DNA of 64,000 nt, from assembly GCA_963662615.2 (NCBI GenBank), contig CAXXSR010000002.1, positions 128,001-192,000 on the forward strand. The letters are read 5' to 3'. A program made the translations under genes and the position numbers. The DNA comes from Dehalococcoidia bacterium. Its GTDB lineage: Bacteria; Chloroflexota; Dehalococcoidia; Bin125. A model generated the notes under the pieces. That model was not told the DNA's origin. It did no database searches and worked only from the letters and a program-made list of their open reading frames with translations. Position 1 is the first letter of the stretch. Each line of letters opens with the position of its first letter. Below, one piece after another: positions 39,001 to 47,519 of the stretch.

Positions 39001-39225
39001 CTATTGCGGCCGGCGCGGCGGTCGCAGGACGCCCATCAGCATCCGATAGCCGCCGTAGCCCGCGGTTGCCAGCCCCAAACCGATGCCAAGCAGCGTGAAG
39101 AGCGGTTTGGTGTCCGCCTGCCCATCAAGCCACAGCCCCCCGACCACGCCCGCGATGATACAGATCGCGAAGTACCAGCCAATGCCAATCAAGCCGAGAG
39201 CCGGTTGCAGGTTGCGCATGGCCAC
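39001..39225 (-). CDS. AtpI/AtpZ-family small membrane protein
   Basis: GVVGGLWLD..TKPLFTLLGIGLG; first gene of the atp operon. Confidence 0.85.
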   Translation of the reverse strand: MAMRNLQPALGLIGIGWYFAICIIAGVVGGLWLDGQADTKPLFTLLGIGLGLATAGYGGYRMLMGVLRPPRRPQ

Positions 39226-39249
39226 CGTTCCCGGGGGCCCCGTCAGACT

Positions 39250-39267
39250 TCGGGAAGGCTATCACAA
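39250..39267 (-). promoter_or_regulatory. Putative Rex operator overlapping the atp operon -10 box
   Basis: Minus strand TTGTGATAGCCTTCCCGA, 11/14 to the Rex consensus; contains TGnTAGCCT. Confidence 0.55.
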
Positions 39268-39416
39268 GGCCTTGGCTGGGGCGAGATTGGCGGCAGTCGC
39301 GCCAGCGTGCGCGGCGACGCCACACGGCCACTGCTGACGGGCACCCCGATCGGCTCGCTGCGCCCGCGGGGAAGGGCCCGCGGGGAAGGGAAGGCGAGAG
39401 GGTGGGGCGAAGCGGC

Positions 39417-39950
39417 CTAGCGCTCGTCGAAGTCGTCGAGATCGAGGGTATCGATGAAGTCGCGGAAGGCGGACATCCGCTTCAACTCTTCCTCGTTGAC
39501 CGGCGCCGGCCGCTGCGATTGGCTTGGCTCGCCGGCGCTCTCGCCCGACTCGGTCAACTCCACGCCGGCCTGATCCAGCACGGCCTCCTCCACGAAAATG
39601 GGAGCGTCGCTGCGGACGGCAACGGCGATGGCGTCGCTGGGGCGCGAATCGATCTCGAGCGTGCGGCCGTCGACTTCGAGATGGATGCGGGCGTAGAAGG
39701 TGTCGTTGGCGAGGTCGTTGACGACGATGCGCACGACGCGGGAGCCGAACTCCTTGCAGAGGTTGGTCACCAGATCGTGGGTCATGGGCCGGGCGACCGA
39801 GACTCCCTGGAGACGGACGGCAATGGCGTCGGCCTCGGCCGCGCCGATCCAGATGGGGAGGTAGCGGCCGGAAGCCTTCTCCTTGAGCACCACAACCCGG
39901 TTGTAGTTCATCAAGGAAACGCGAATGCTCTCAATGGTCATCTCTTGCAT
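39417..39950 (-). CDS. Bifunctional nuclease family protein (DUF151)
   Basis: LPIWIG..EA.AI, RPMTHDL, TFYA, DSRPSDAIA. Confidence 0.93.
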   Translation of the reverse strand: MQEMTIESIRVSLMNYNRVVVLKEKASGRYLPIWIGAAEADAIAVRLQGVSVARPMTHDLVTNLCKEFGSRVVRIVVNDLANDTFYARIHLEVDGRTLEIDSRPSDAIAVAVRSDAPIFVEEAVLDQAGVELTESGESAGEPSQSQRPAPVNEEELKRMSAFRDFIDTLDLDDFDER

Positions 39951-39996
39951 GCGGCTCCCCGATCACGACCTGCCGGCCCTCCCGGCAAGCGGCGCT

Positions 39997-40017
39997 CCCC
40001 CCCCCCCCCCCCCCCCC
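39997..40017. repeat. C21 (G21 on the minus strand) homopolymer
   Basis: 21 consecutive C, ~47 bp upstream of the DUF151 start. Confidence 0.9.
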
Positions 40018-40143
40018 GCCGACCCCGCCGAGCGGGGTGCACGGTCGCCCGCAGTCAGCATACGGCTTCGCGGCGGGCGGCGTCTCTGTGGGCGTCCGAG
40101 CGGGGTCCCGGGTCCCGACCGCGCGCGATGGCGGGAGGGGCGG

Positions 40144-41571
40144 TCAGCCATCGATCTCGAGCGAGAGGCTGCGGGGATCGGCGCGCGCTACGCTGCGACG
40201 GATGAGGACGCTGATACAAGCCATCAGCAGGATCAGCCCGGCGGTGGCAAAGAGCGCCGCCTGCACGTTGGCGGCGTCGGCGATGGCCCCGATGATCAGC
40301 AGCACCACCATGGAGGCGGCGTTGGCGAGCATCAGCTGCGCGGCGAAGATGCGCCCGCGAACCTCCGCGGGGGCGCGCTGGTGCAGCACCGTCTGAGCGG
40401 GCGCGTTGATCATGGCGTAGAAGATGCCCAAGGGGAAAGCGAACAAGAGCGTCACGAAGACGAGCAAGGAGACGCCGCCGACCTGATCCGGGCCCAGGGC
40501 GCCGAAGGGCTGTTCATCTTGCAGGAAGTCGACGAGGAACTCGATGCCGCTGAAGGCGACGATAGCGGCGGTGAGGCCGAAGAGGGCCACCGTAACGATG
40601 CCCGTTGGCGTATAGCGACGGCCCAGCGGCGGCAGAAAGCGGAGCGCCACGAGCGCGCCCACGCCGGTGGGCCAAAAGATGAAGACCGAGTTGTCCGCAG
40701 CCAGATCCAGCACGTCCTTGACGAAGCGCGGGACCAGGAGGGCGAACATGAACAGAAGGATGGCGCCGGTGGACAGCTGCAGCGTGGCCAGCGTGGTGAT
40801 GCGATCGGAGCGGATGACGTCCCAGGCGGCACGGAGTTCGCCCGGAACCGCTCCGAGCCGGTCGCGCCACGTTTCGCCGCTGTGATCGCGGGCGGGCCGC
40901 AGAGAGGGAAGGCGCGCGGTGATGGGCACGGTCGCCATGATCAGCGCTGCCGCGACGATGTAGGACGCGGTGAAGCCGAACGCCTTCAGCATGAGGGGCG
41001 CCAGCACGACCATGCCGATGAGCTGGGCAGCGGTAATGGTGACCTGAAAGACGGAGTTGGCCGCGAGCAGCTGGCCGCGCGGGATGAAGGCGGGGACGGC
41101 CGCATTGGCCGCCGGCAGATTGAACTGGCCCATGGTGGAGGTGAGAAAGGCGATGGCGAAGATGGAGGCCAGCGAGACGTCAGCCACGACGAGCAGGCCG
41201 GTCAGGACCGCGCGGACGGCGTTGGTCAGCATGAGGACCGAGCGCTTGTCCATGCGGTCCACGACGACGCCGGAGATGGGGCCGAAGATCACGGGGGGCG
41301 CGGCAAGGAAGATGATGAGGCCGGATCCGGCGATGCTGCTGCCGGTCTTGTCGACGATGAGGATGAGCAACACGAACTGCAACGCGGTGTTCACGGTCAG
41401 CGTGATGCCCTGCGACGCCCAGAGCGCCAGGAAGTCCGCGTTGGCGAAGAGGGATCGCTCGGCCTGCGGCAGCGGGGGGGCGATGCGGGCGCGCGGGCGC
41501 CAGGGGCGCCAGCGGAGCAGAGCGCGTCGCCGCGGAGCAGACGGCGGGCCCTCCAGCTCCGGTCGGCTCAT
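40144..41571 (-). CDS. MFS transporter (DHA3/MefA-like)
   Basis: DFLALWASQ, SGVVVDRMDKR, QLLAANS, RGRIFA; ~12 TM. Confidence 0.88.
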   Translation of the reverse strand: MSRPELEGPPSAPRRRALLRWRPWRPRARIAPPLPQAERSLFANADFLALWASQGITLTVNTALQFVLLILIVDKTGSSIAGSGLIIFLAAPPVIFGPISGVVVDRMDKRSVLMLTNAVRAVLTGLLVVADVSLASIFAIAFLTSTMGQFNLPAANAAVPAFIPRGQLLAANSVFQVTITAAQLIGMVVLAPLMLKAFGFTASYIVAAALIMATVPITARLPSLRPARDHSGETWRDRLGAVPGELRAAWDVIRSDRITTLATLQLSTGAILLFMFALLVPRFVKDVLDLAADNSVFIFWPTGVGALVALRFLPPLGRRYTPTGIVTVALFGLTAAIVAFSGIEFLVDFLQDEQPFGALGPDQVGGVSLLVFVTLLFAFPLGIFYAMINAPAQTVLHQRAPAEVRGRIFAAQLMLANAASMVVLLIIGAIADAANVQAALFATAGLILLMACISVLIRRSVARADPRSLSLEIDG

Positions 41572-42030
41572 TCGCCATGCCTCCGGACCAGGCGTTCCTG
41601 CCGCGCGGTGAACCGGCCCTGACGGCCCCACCGCGCCCAGCCCCAAGCGGCAAGCGGGAGGATGGGAGCGAGGCCCAGGACGACCGGCACATCGATCACC
41701 GGGGGCAGGGTGCCAGCGGCCAGCAAGGGAGCGCGCTCGTTGAGGGCGGCATTGGCGGCCACGTCGGCGAGCGAGAAGGCGAATCCCATAGGGAAGACGA
41801 TCAGCATGACGACCTGCGCCTTGGCGCCGACCTCAAGCGGGCCCATGTCCACGTTGGTGAGCGCGAGCGTTGGGCGCACAGTTGCATTGAGGAGGTCGAT
41901 CAGGGCCAGCGCAATCAAGCCGGCGATCAGGGGCAGGGTCGAGGCGAGCGAGGAGGGCAGGACCGCCGCCGCGGGGGTGGGGCCGGCGCGGTTGCGCGGC
42001 ATCGTCGATGCGGGCGTCGATGACGGGCAT
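41568..42030 (-). pseudogene. Internally deleted, frameshifted MFS paralog remnant
   Basis: PMGFAFSLADVAANAALNERAP parallels PLGIFYAMINAPAQTVLHQRAP of the next gene; the ATG 42030 coupled to the pyrF stop is in a different frame. Confidence 0.55.
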
Positions 42031-42845
42031 CAGGCGCCCTCCGCCAAAATCGCGGCACGGGCGTCTTCAATGGCGTCGCGCAAGCGTTGCGCCTCGGCGC
42101 GGGCGGCGTCGGCGAAGTGGGGGCCGTCGGAGGCGAAGATGACGGAGCGCGAGGCGCTGACCAGGAGGCCGGCGCCTTCCTGGTCCAAGCCCGCGCGCAC
42201 GGATTCCGTGAGCCGGCCACCTTGGGCGCCGATGCCGGGCAGGAGGATGGGAAGATGGGGGCAGCGCTCGCGCACCGCTGCCAGCTGCGCCGGAGAGGTG
42301 GCGCCGACGACCAGGCCGGCGTTCCCGTGCGGGGCGGCCCATTGCTGCACCAGGCTGGCGACGCGGAGGTAGAGGGGCTCCCCCTCCACGATGAGGTCCT
42401 GAAGGTCTTGCGCACCGGGATTGGAGGTGCGACAGAGCACGAAGGCGGCGCGATCGGGGCGCTCCAAGAAGGGGCGCACGCCGTCGCCGCCGACGTAAGG
42501 GTTGATTGTGACGGCGTCGGCGCCGAGGAGATCGAAGCAGGCAGCGGCGTAGGCGTGGGCCGTATGCGCGACGTCGCCGCGTTTGGCGTCCAAGATGACA
42601 GGGATATCCTGGGGAACGGCGTCGATGGTGGCCTTGAGGGCGCGCCAGCCGTCGCTGCCTTGCGCCTCAAAGAAGGCGATCTGCGGCTTGAAGGCGCAGA
42701 CGAGGTCGGCGGTGGCGTCGATGATCGCGCGCGTGAAGGTGAGCACGTCCGCGACGGGGAGGCGATCGGCCTGTGGATCCAAGCCCACGCAGAGGAGCGA
42801 TCGGTTTCGGGCGACGGCGGCCCGCAGTTTGTCTTGGAATGACAT
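42030..42845 (-). CDS. pyrF: Orotidine-5'-phosphate decarboxylase
   Basis: LCVGLDP, KPQIAFFE, LDAKRGD, CRTSNP, PGIGAQGG. Confidence 0.96.
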   Translation of the reverse strand: MSFQDKLRAAVARNRSLLCVGLDPQADRLPVADVLTFTRAIIDATADLVCAFKPQIAFFEAQGSDGWRALKATIDAVPQDIPVILDAKRGDVAHTAHAYAAACFDLLGADAVTINPYVGGDGVRPFLERPDRAAFVLCRTSNPGAQDLQDLIVEGEPLYLRVASLVQQWAAPHGNAGLVVGATSPAQLAAVRERCPHLPILLPGIGAQGGRLTESVRAGLDQEGAGLLVSASRSVIFASDGPHFADAARAEAQRLRDAIEDARAAILAEGA

Positions 42846-42996
42846 GGACCCATCCTACCCCGGGGGTGGTTGCGCCGACTTCGCCGTACGGGCCCGGAAG
42901 CGGGCGCTGCCTTGTCCAGAACGGCGGCCGCGAGGGGGATGCGGGCGGAGGGCCTGGGGGGCTGCTTTCTCGTGCGACCGTGGAGGGTGAGGCGCT

Positions 42997-43794
42997 GTGA
43001 CTGAGGCCCCCGACCGCGCGCTGCAGGCGTTCTTCACGCCGCCCGAGCCCGCCGCCGTGGCGGGACGGACGTTGATCGTGGTGGACACGCTGCGGGCGAC
43101 GACGGCGATCACGACGCTGATCGCGGGGGGCGCCCTGGCCGTGTATCCGTGTTCATCGCATGAGGCGGCCAGACGCCTCGCCGCCGCCCTCCCCGGCAGC
43201 CGCCTCTGCGGCGAGACGAACGGGCTGCCGCCGCCCGGCTTCGATTTCGGCAACTCGCCGGTCGAGTTCGCGGCGTTGGACACGGAGGGCTGGACGGTAG
43301 TGCTATCGACCACGAACGGCACGCGGGCGCTGGCGCTAGCGGCGCAGGCGAGCGGAACGCTGGTGGGCTGCCTGCGCAATCGGGCGGCGGTGGCTGTGGC
43401 GGCGCAGGCGGTGTTCGGCGAGCCAGTGGCGGCGCAGGCGGTGTCCGGCGAACCGGCGATCGTGTGCGCCGGCGAGGAGGGCGGGACGGTCGCGTCCGTT
43501 GAGGACGCTTTCACGGCCGGGGCGGTGATCGAGCGGCTAATCGCGCTCGACCGGCGGCAGGAGCCGGAACCGGTCTGGCGGCTCAGCTCGGGAGCGCGCC
43601 TGATGCGACGCGCCTTTCTCGCCTACGAGGGGAGCGCGGAGGCGGCGTTCGCGGACTCTCCGCATGCCGGTGAGCTGCGCGCACTGGGCTTCGCCGCCGA
43701 CCTCACGTATGCAGCGGAGCTGGACGTGGAGACGTGCGTGCCGCGAGCGAGCATTGACGAGGCGGGGCGGGTCGTCGTGCGAGGCGGGAGCTAG
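42997..43794 (+). CDS. comB: 2-phosphosulfolactate phosphatase (ComB) family
   Basis: VVDTLRATT, GE..G..PPGFDFGNSP, TTNGT, ED; 30-bp in-frame duplication 43396-43455. Confidence 0.9.
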   Translation: MTEAPDRALQAFFTPPEPAAVAGRTLIVVDTLRATTAITTLIAGGALAVYPCSSHEAARRLAAALPGSRLCGETNGLPPPGFDFGNSPVEFAALDTEGWTVVLSTTNGTRALALAAQASGTLVGCLRNRAAVAVAAQAVFGEPVAAQAVSGEPAIVCAGEEGGTVASVEDAFTAGAVIERLIALDRRQEPEPVWRLSSGARLMRRAFLAYEGSAEAAFADSPHAGELRALGFAADLTYAAELDVETCVPRASIDEAGRVVVRGGS

Positions 43795-43944
43795 CGAGTC
43801 GCGGCCGGGGCCGGTCGGGCCCCGAGCGTGAGAGCGAGGGGTTGCCGCCGCTCCCATAGCGTGGGAGGCTCCGCCGGAGGAGCGGAGCGCGGCGCGGCGG
43901 CGTGGGAAGGCCGTCACAGGCTCCACTGGCTCGAAGGGAGCGCA

Positions 43945-45222
43945 ATGCGCGCGGAGATCATCTCCATTGGCACGGAGCTGCTGCTGGGCGATATCCAGGA
44001 CACCAACTCGCGCTTTCTGGCGCAGCGGCTGCCGGCGCTGGGCATCGATCTGTACTTCATGCACCAGATCGGCGACAACCTGGACCGGCTGGCGGAGCTG
44101 TTGGGCATGGCGATGGGGCGCTCCGACCTGGTCCTGTGCAGCGGCGGGCTGGGCCCGACGGAGGACGACGAGACGCGGGCAGCCATCGCCAAGGCGCTGG
44201 GTGAGCAGCCGTACATCGTGCCCGAGCTGGAGGAGGAGTTGCGGGCCTTCTTCGCGCGTCGCAGCTATCCGATGCCGGAGCGGAACCTAAAGCAGGCGAC
44301 GTTGATCCCGTCGGCGGAAGTGATTCCGAACCCGCGCGGCACGGCGCCGGGCTGGTGGGTGGAAAAAGACGGCGCGATCATCGTGGCGATGCCGGGACCG
44401 CCGGCCGAGCTGTCGGGGATGTGGGCGAACGCGGTGGCGCCACGGCTGCGCGAGCGCAGCGACGGCGCCGTCATTGTCAGCCGAACGCTGAAAACCGTGG
44501 GCATCGGAGAGGGTGTGGTCGATGAGCTGGTGAGCCCCCTCCTGAAGAGCACGAATCCGAGCATTGGCGTGTACGCGAAGCCGGACGGCGTGCATCTGCG
44601 CTTGACGGCGAAGTGCCCGTCGGAGGCGGAGGCGCACAAGCTCATCAAGCCGGTGGAGGACGAGGTGCGTCGCATCTTTGGGACGGCGCTTTGGGGCACG
44701 GACGAGGAGACGCTGGCCGAGGCCGTGGGCGACCTGCTGAAGGAGAAGCGGTTGAGCGTGGCGGTGATGGAATCCTGCACGGGCGGCTTGGTGGCGAGCA
44801 ACCTGACCGACGTGCCCGGCTCCAGCGAATATTTCAAAGGCGGCCTGGTGACGTACACCGCGGAGGCCAAATTGCAGTACGGCGTGCCCGCGGAGACGAT
44901 CATTCAACACGGCGTCGTCAGTGAGGCGACGGCCCGGGCGATGGCCACGGCGGTGCGCAAGGAGATGGGGGCGGATATTGGCGTGGGGGTGACGGGTGTC
45001 GCCGGGCCCGAGCCGCACGAGGGCGAGCGGGTGGGCACGATGCACATTGGCATTGAGACGCCGGAGACGAGCGCGCACACCAGCTACGTGTTCGCCCAGA
45101 CGCGGGCGGCGATCAAGAACCGGGCGGTCACCACGGCGCTGCTGCTGATCCGTCGGGCGGCGCTGGGCGAGCTGACCGGAGGGTTTCAGCAGGCGCTGGG
45201 CGGGCGGCCGTCGCAGAGGTAG
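43945..45222 (+). CDS. cinA: CinA (MoCF-like domain + PncC NMN deamidase)
   Basis: IGTELLLG, GGLGPTEDD, NPRGTAPG, ESCTGG, PGSSEYF, TGVAGP. Confidence 0.95.
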   Translation: MRAEIISIGTELLLGDIQDTNSRFLAQRLPALGIDLYFMHQIGDNLDRLAELLGMAMGRSDLVLCSGGLGPTEDDETRAAIAKALGEQPYIVPELEEELRAFFARRSYPMPERNLKQATLIPSAEVIPNPRGTAPGWWVEKDGAIIVAMPGPPAELSGMWANAVAPRLRERSDGAVIVSRTLKTVGIGEGVVDELVSPLLKSTNPSIGVYAKPDGVHLRLTAKCPSEAEAHKLIKPVEDEVRRIFGTALWGTDEETLAEAVGDLLKEKRLSVAVMESCTGGLVASNLTDVPGSSEYFKGGLVTYTAEAKLQYGVPAETIIQHGVVSEATARAMATAVRKEMGADIGVGVTGVAGPEPHEGERVGTMHIGIETPETSAHTSYVFAQTRAAIKNRAVTTALLLIRRAALGELTGGFQQALGGRPSQR

Positions 45223-45257
45223 GCGACGCCGGCGGGGCGGAGCGTCGCCAGCGCACC

Positions 45258-45287
45258 TTGACAAGTTCCTTAGAACGATCTAATAAT
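45258..45287 (+). promoter_or_regulatory. Sigma70-type promoter with a palindrome in the spacer
   Basis: TTGACA (45258), 17-18 bp spacer containing GTTC-N4-GAAC, then TAATAAT. Confidence 0.65.
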
Positions 45288-45330
45288 TGGATTGTTCCAA
45301 CTTCGGGACGATCGAGAAAAGGGGGCGGCC

Positions 45331-45621
45331 ATGGCGCTGGCTCGGAATCAGCTGCGGGTGCTGGCTCACCTGGCAGCGCTTCACGTGGAGGTGGCGGGAA
45401 TCGCCGTGGCGGACGCGGTGGGAGAGCTGGGGCGCAGCAGCGTGTACGCCGCGCTGGCCGCGTTGCAGCGCGACGGGCTCATTGAGGCGCGCTGGGACCT
45501 CACCGCCTCGCACCCGCGGCGACTGCTCAGGATCAATCCTGCGGGGCGGCAAGCGTTGGCGGCGGAGCGGGAGGCGCTGGTGCGTGGACAGGTCATGGGC
45601 TCGACGGGCGGTGTGGCGTGA
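45331..45621 (+). CDS. PadR-like winged-helix regulator
   Basis: SSVYAALAALQRDGLIEARW...PRRLLRINPAGRQAL. Confidence 0.82.
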   Translation: MALARNQLRVLAHLAALHVEVAGIAVADAVGELGRSSVYAALAALQRDGLIEARWDLTASHPRRLLRINPAGRQALAAEREALVRGQVMGSTGGVA

Positions 45622-46439
45622 GCGCGGCTCCGGGGACGCAGCCGCCGGAGGCGACGGCGCCGCGGCTGCAGACGGCGCTGGGCTTCGTCACGCTCACGGT
45701 GCTGGGGCGGCCGTGGAGCGCGTTCTGGCTGTGGCTGTACCCGCAGGCGCGGCCCGCCGTGCTGTGGGCGCTGCATGACGAGGTGACCGCGGCGCCGGCC
45801 GGCGAGCGCTGGCGGCGTGGAGCGAGTTTTCTCCTTCGTCTGCCGTGGTTCGCGTCGGCGCAGGCGGCGGCTGAAGGGGAACCGGCGACGCGGACGGACG
45901 GGGATCCGCCCGAGCCGCCGTCCGAGCGCCCGGGCATCGGCGACGCCAGGAGGGCCGGACGGGTGGCGCTGGAGGCGCTGGGCTGGGTGGTAGCACTGCT
46001 CTTTATCGCCATCGCCGTGGTGATGTGGCTGCGCGCGTTCGGGACGCTCTTCGACCTGCTGGACGAGAGGCCGGTGCCCGGGGCGGCGGTGGGAGCGCTG
46101 GCGGTGATGATGGTGGTGGCGACGCTGCCGCTGGTGCTGGTGCACGAGCGTCGGCGGTTCGCCTGGACGCCACGATGGCGCGCCGGCACGGATCAAAGTG
46201 TGGTCGTCCGAATCGGATGGCGGCTGGCGCTGGTGGCGTTTGGCTTCCTCGCCTTCGTGGTCTGGCTGCGGGTGGTGGGGGGATACTTCGACGGCGTGGA
46301 GGACGGCGGCATCGTGACGATCGGTTTCTCCGCAGCGCTGGGGATGGGGGCGCTCGTGGTTCTGGCGGCGGCGCCGCTGCTCTACGTGGTCGTGCGCCGG
46401 CATTGGGTTGGGAATTCCCAACTAGACCGCGCGGGTTGA
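45618..46439 (+). CDS. Membrane protein coupled to the PadR-like gene
   Basis: GTGA overlap; LWLYP N-terminal segment; ~4 C-terminal TM helices. Confidence 0.65.
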   Translation: MSAAPGTQPPEATAPRLQTALGFVTLTVLGRPWSAFWLWLYPQARPAVLWALHDEVTAAPAGERWRRGASFLLRLPWFASAQAAAEGEPATRTDGDPPEPPSERPGIGDARRAGRVALEALGWVVALLFIAIAVVMWLRAFGTLFDLLDERPVPGAAVGALAVMMVVATLPLVLVHERRRFAWTPRWRAGTDQSVVVRIGWRLALVAFGFLAFVVWLRVVGGYFDGVEDGGIVTIGFSAALGMGALVVLAAAPLLYVVVRRHWVGNSQLDRAG

Positions 46440-46517
46440 TCGCCGAGCGGAGGACGATCTGCCGTCGCGGGCCCGTTGATTGCCTCCGGGCTCTGAAGGC
46501 GCAATTCTGAGCCCCGC

Positions 46518-47519
46518 ATGCTGACCGACGACGCCGTCCTGCCGATCGCGCTGGGGGACAACTGGATCTACGCGCTGCCGTCTTCGGCGGGGCTCGTCCT
46601 CATTGACGCGGGTCCGGACTATGAGGGGGCATGGGAAACGCTGGTCGCGCAGCTGGACGCGGCCGGCTTCGCCGCGTCCGATGTGCGCATCGTCGCGATC
46701 ACGCATGCGCACATCGACCACTGCGGGCTGGCCCGGCGCTGGCAGGAGGCCGGCGCAGTGGTCGCGGGCTGCGCGTCGGAAGCAGAGCGCTTCGCCCTGG
46801 GCGATCGCGTGGTGCGTTATCAGCAGGCCCTGGTCTTCCGCTTCTTCGCCGACTGCGGCGTGCCGGCGGCGCGCATTGAGGACGCGCGAGCGGGACGGCG
46901 CGCGGCCAGGCGTCGGCGGGAGCGCTGGCCGGGGCGGCTGCGTGGCACGCCCTTCACAGTGAACCGGGCGCTGGCGGATGGAGACGCGGTGGGGGTGGGC
47001 GAGCGACGGCTGCGGATGGTGGCGGCGCCGGGACACACGCCCGGCAACGCGGCCTTCTATGAAGAAGCGACGGGCTTGCTTTTCAGCGGCGACCAGCTCT
47101 TGCCCCAGACCACGGCGAGTCCCGGCATCCACTTCCAGGACGGCGGCGGGCGGCTGCGGAGCCTGCCGGCGTATTCGCGGTCGCTGGAGCGTATCCGCCA
47201 ACTAGGAGCGCGGCGGCTGTACCCGGGACACGGCGACTACGGCGGGGAGGTGGAGAGCGCCATCGCGTGGGCGCTGGAGCACCATCGGCGGCGGCAAGAG
47301 CGGCTGCTGGACTGCCTGCGGGAGCGAGCGTTGACTCCGTACGAAATGCTGGAGCGGCTGTTCCCGCGCCTGCCCGCGGCGCGGCTGTGGCAAGGGATGG
47401 CGGAGGTGGTGGGGCACATTGACGCGCTGGTGGAGCGAGGGGCGATCGTGGAGGAGCAGGGGGAGAACGGGGCGCTGCTGGTGCGCGTGGCTCCGCGGGA
47501 AGCAACTCCTAGCGCGTGA
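46518..47519 (+). CDS. MBL-fold metallo-hydrolase with C-terminal winged helix
   Basis: LIDAG, THAHIDHCG, APGHTPG, FSGD, YPGHG. Confidence 0.88.
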   Translation: MLTDDAVLPIALGDNWIYALPSSAGLVLIDAGPDYEGAWETLVAQLDAAGFAASDVRIVAITHAHIDHCGLARRWQEAGAVVAGCASEAERFALGDRVVRYQQALVFRFFADCGVPAARIEDARAGRRAARRRRERWPGRLRGTPFTVNRALADGDAVGVGERRLRMVAAPGHTPGNAAFYEEATGLLFSGDQLLPQTTASPGIHFQDGGGRLRSLPAYSRSLERIRQLGARRLYPGHGDYGGEVESAIAWALEHHRRRQERLLDCLRERALTPYEMLERLFPRLPAARLWQGMAEVVGHIDALVERGAIVEEQGENGALLVRVAPREATPSA

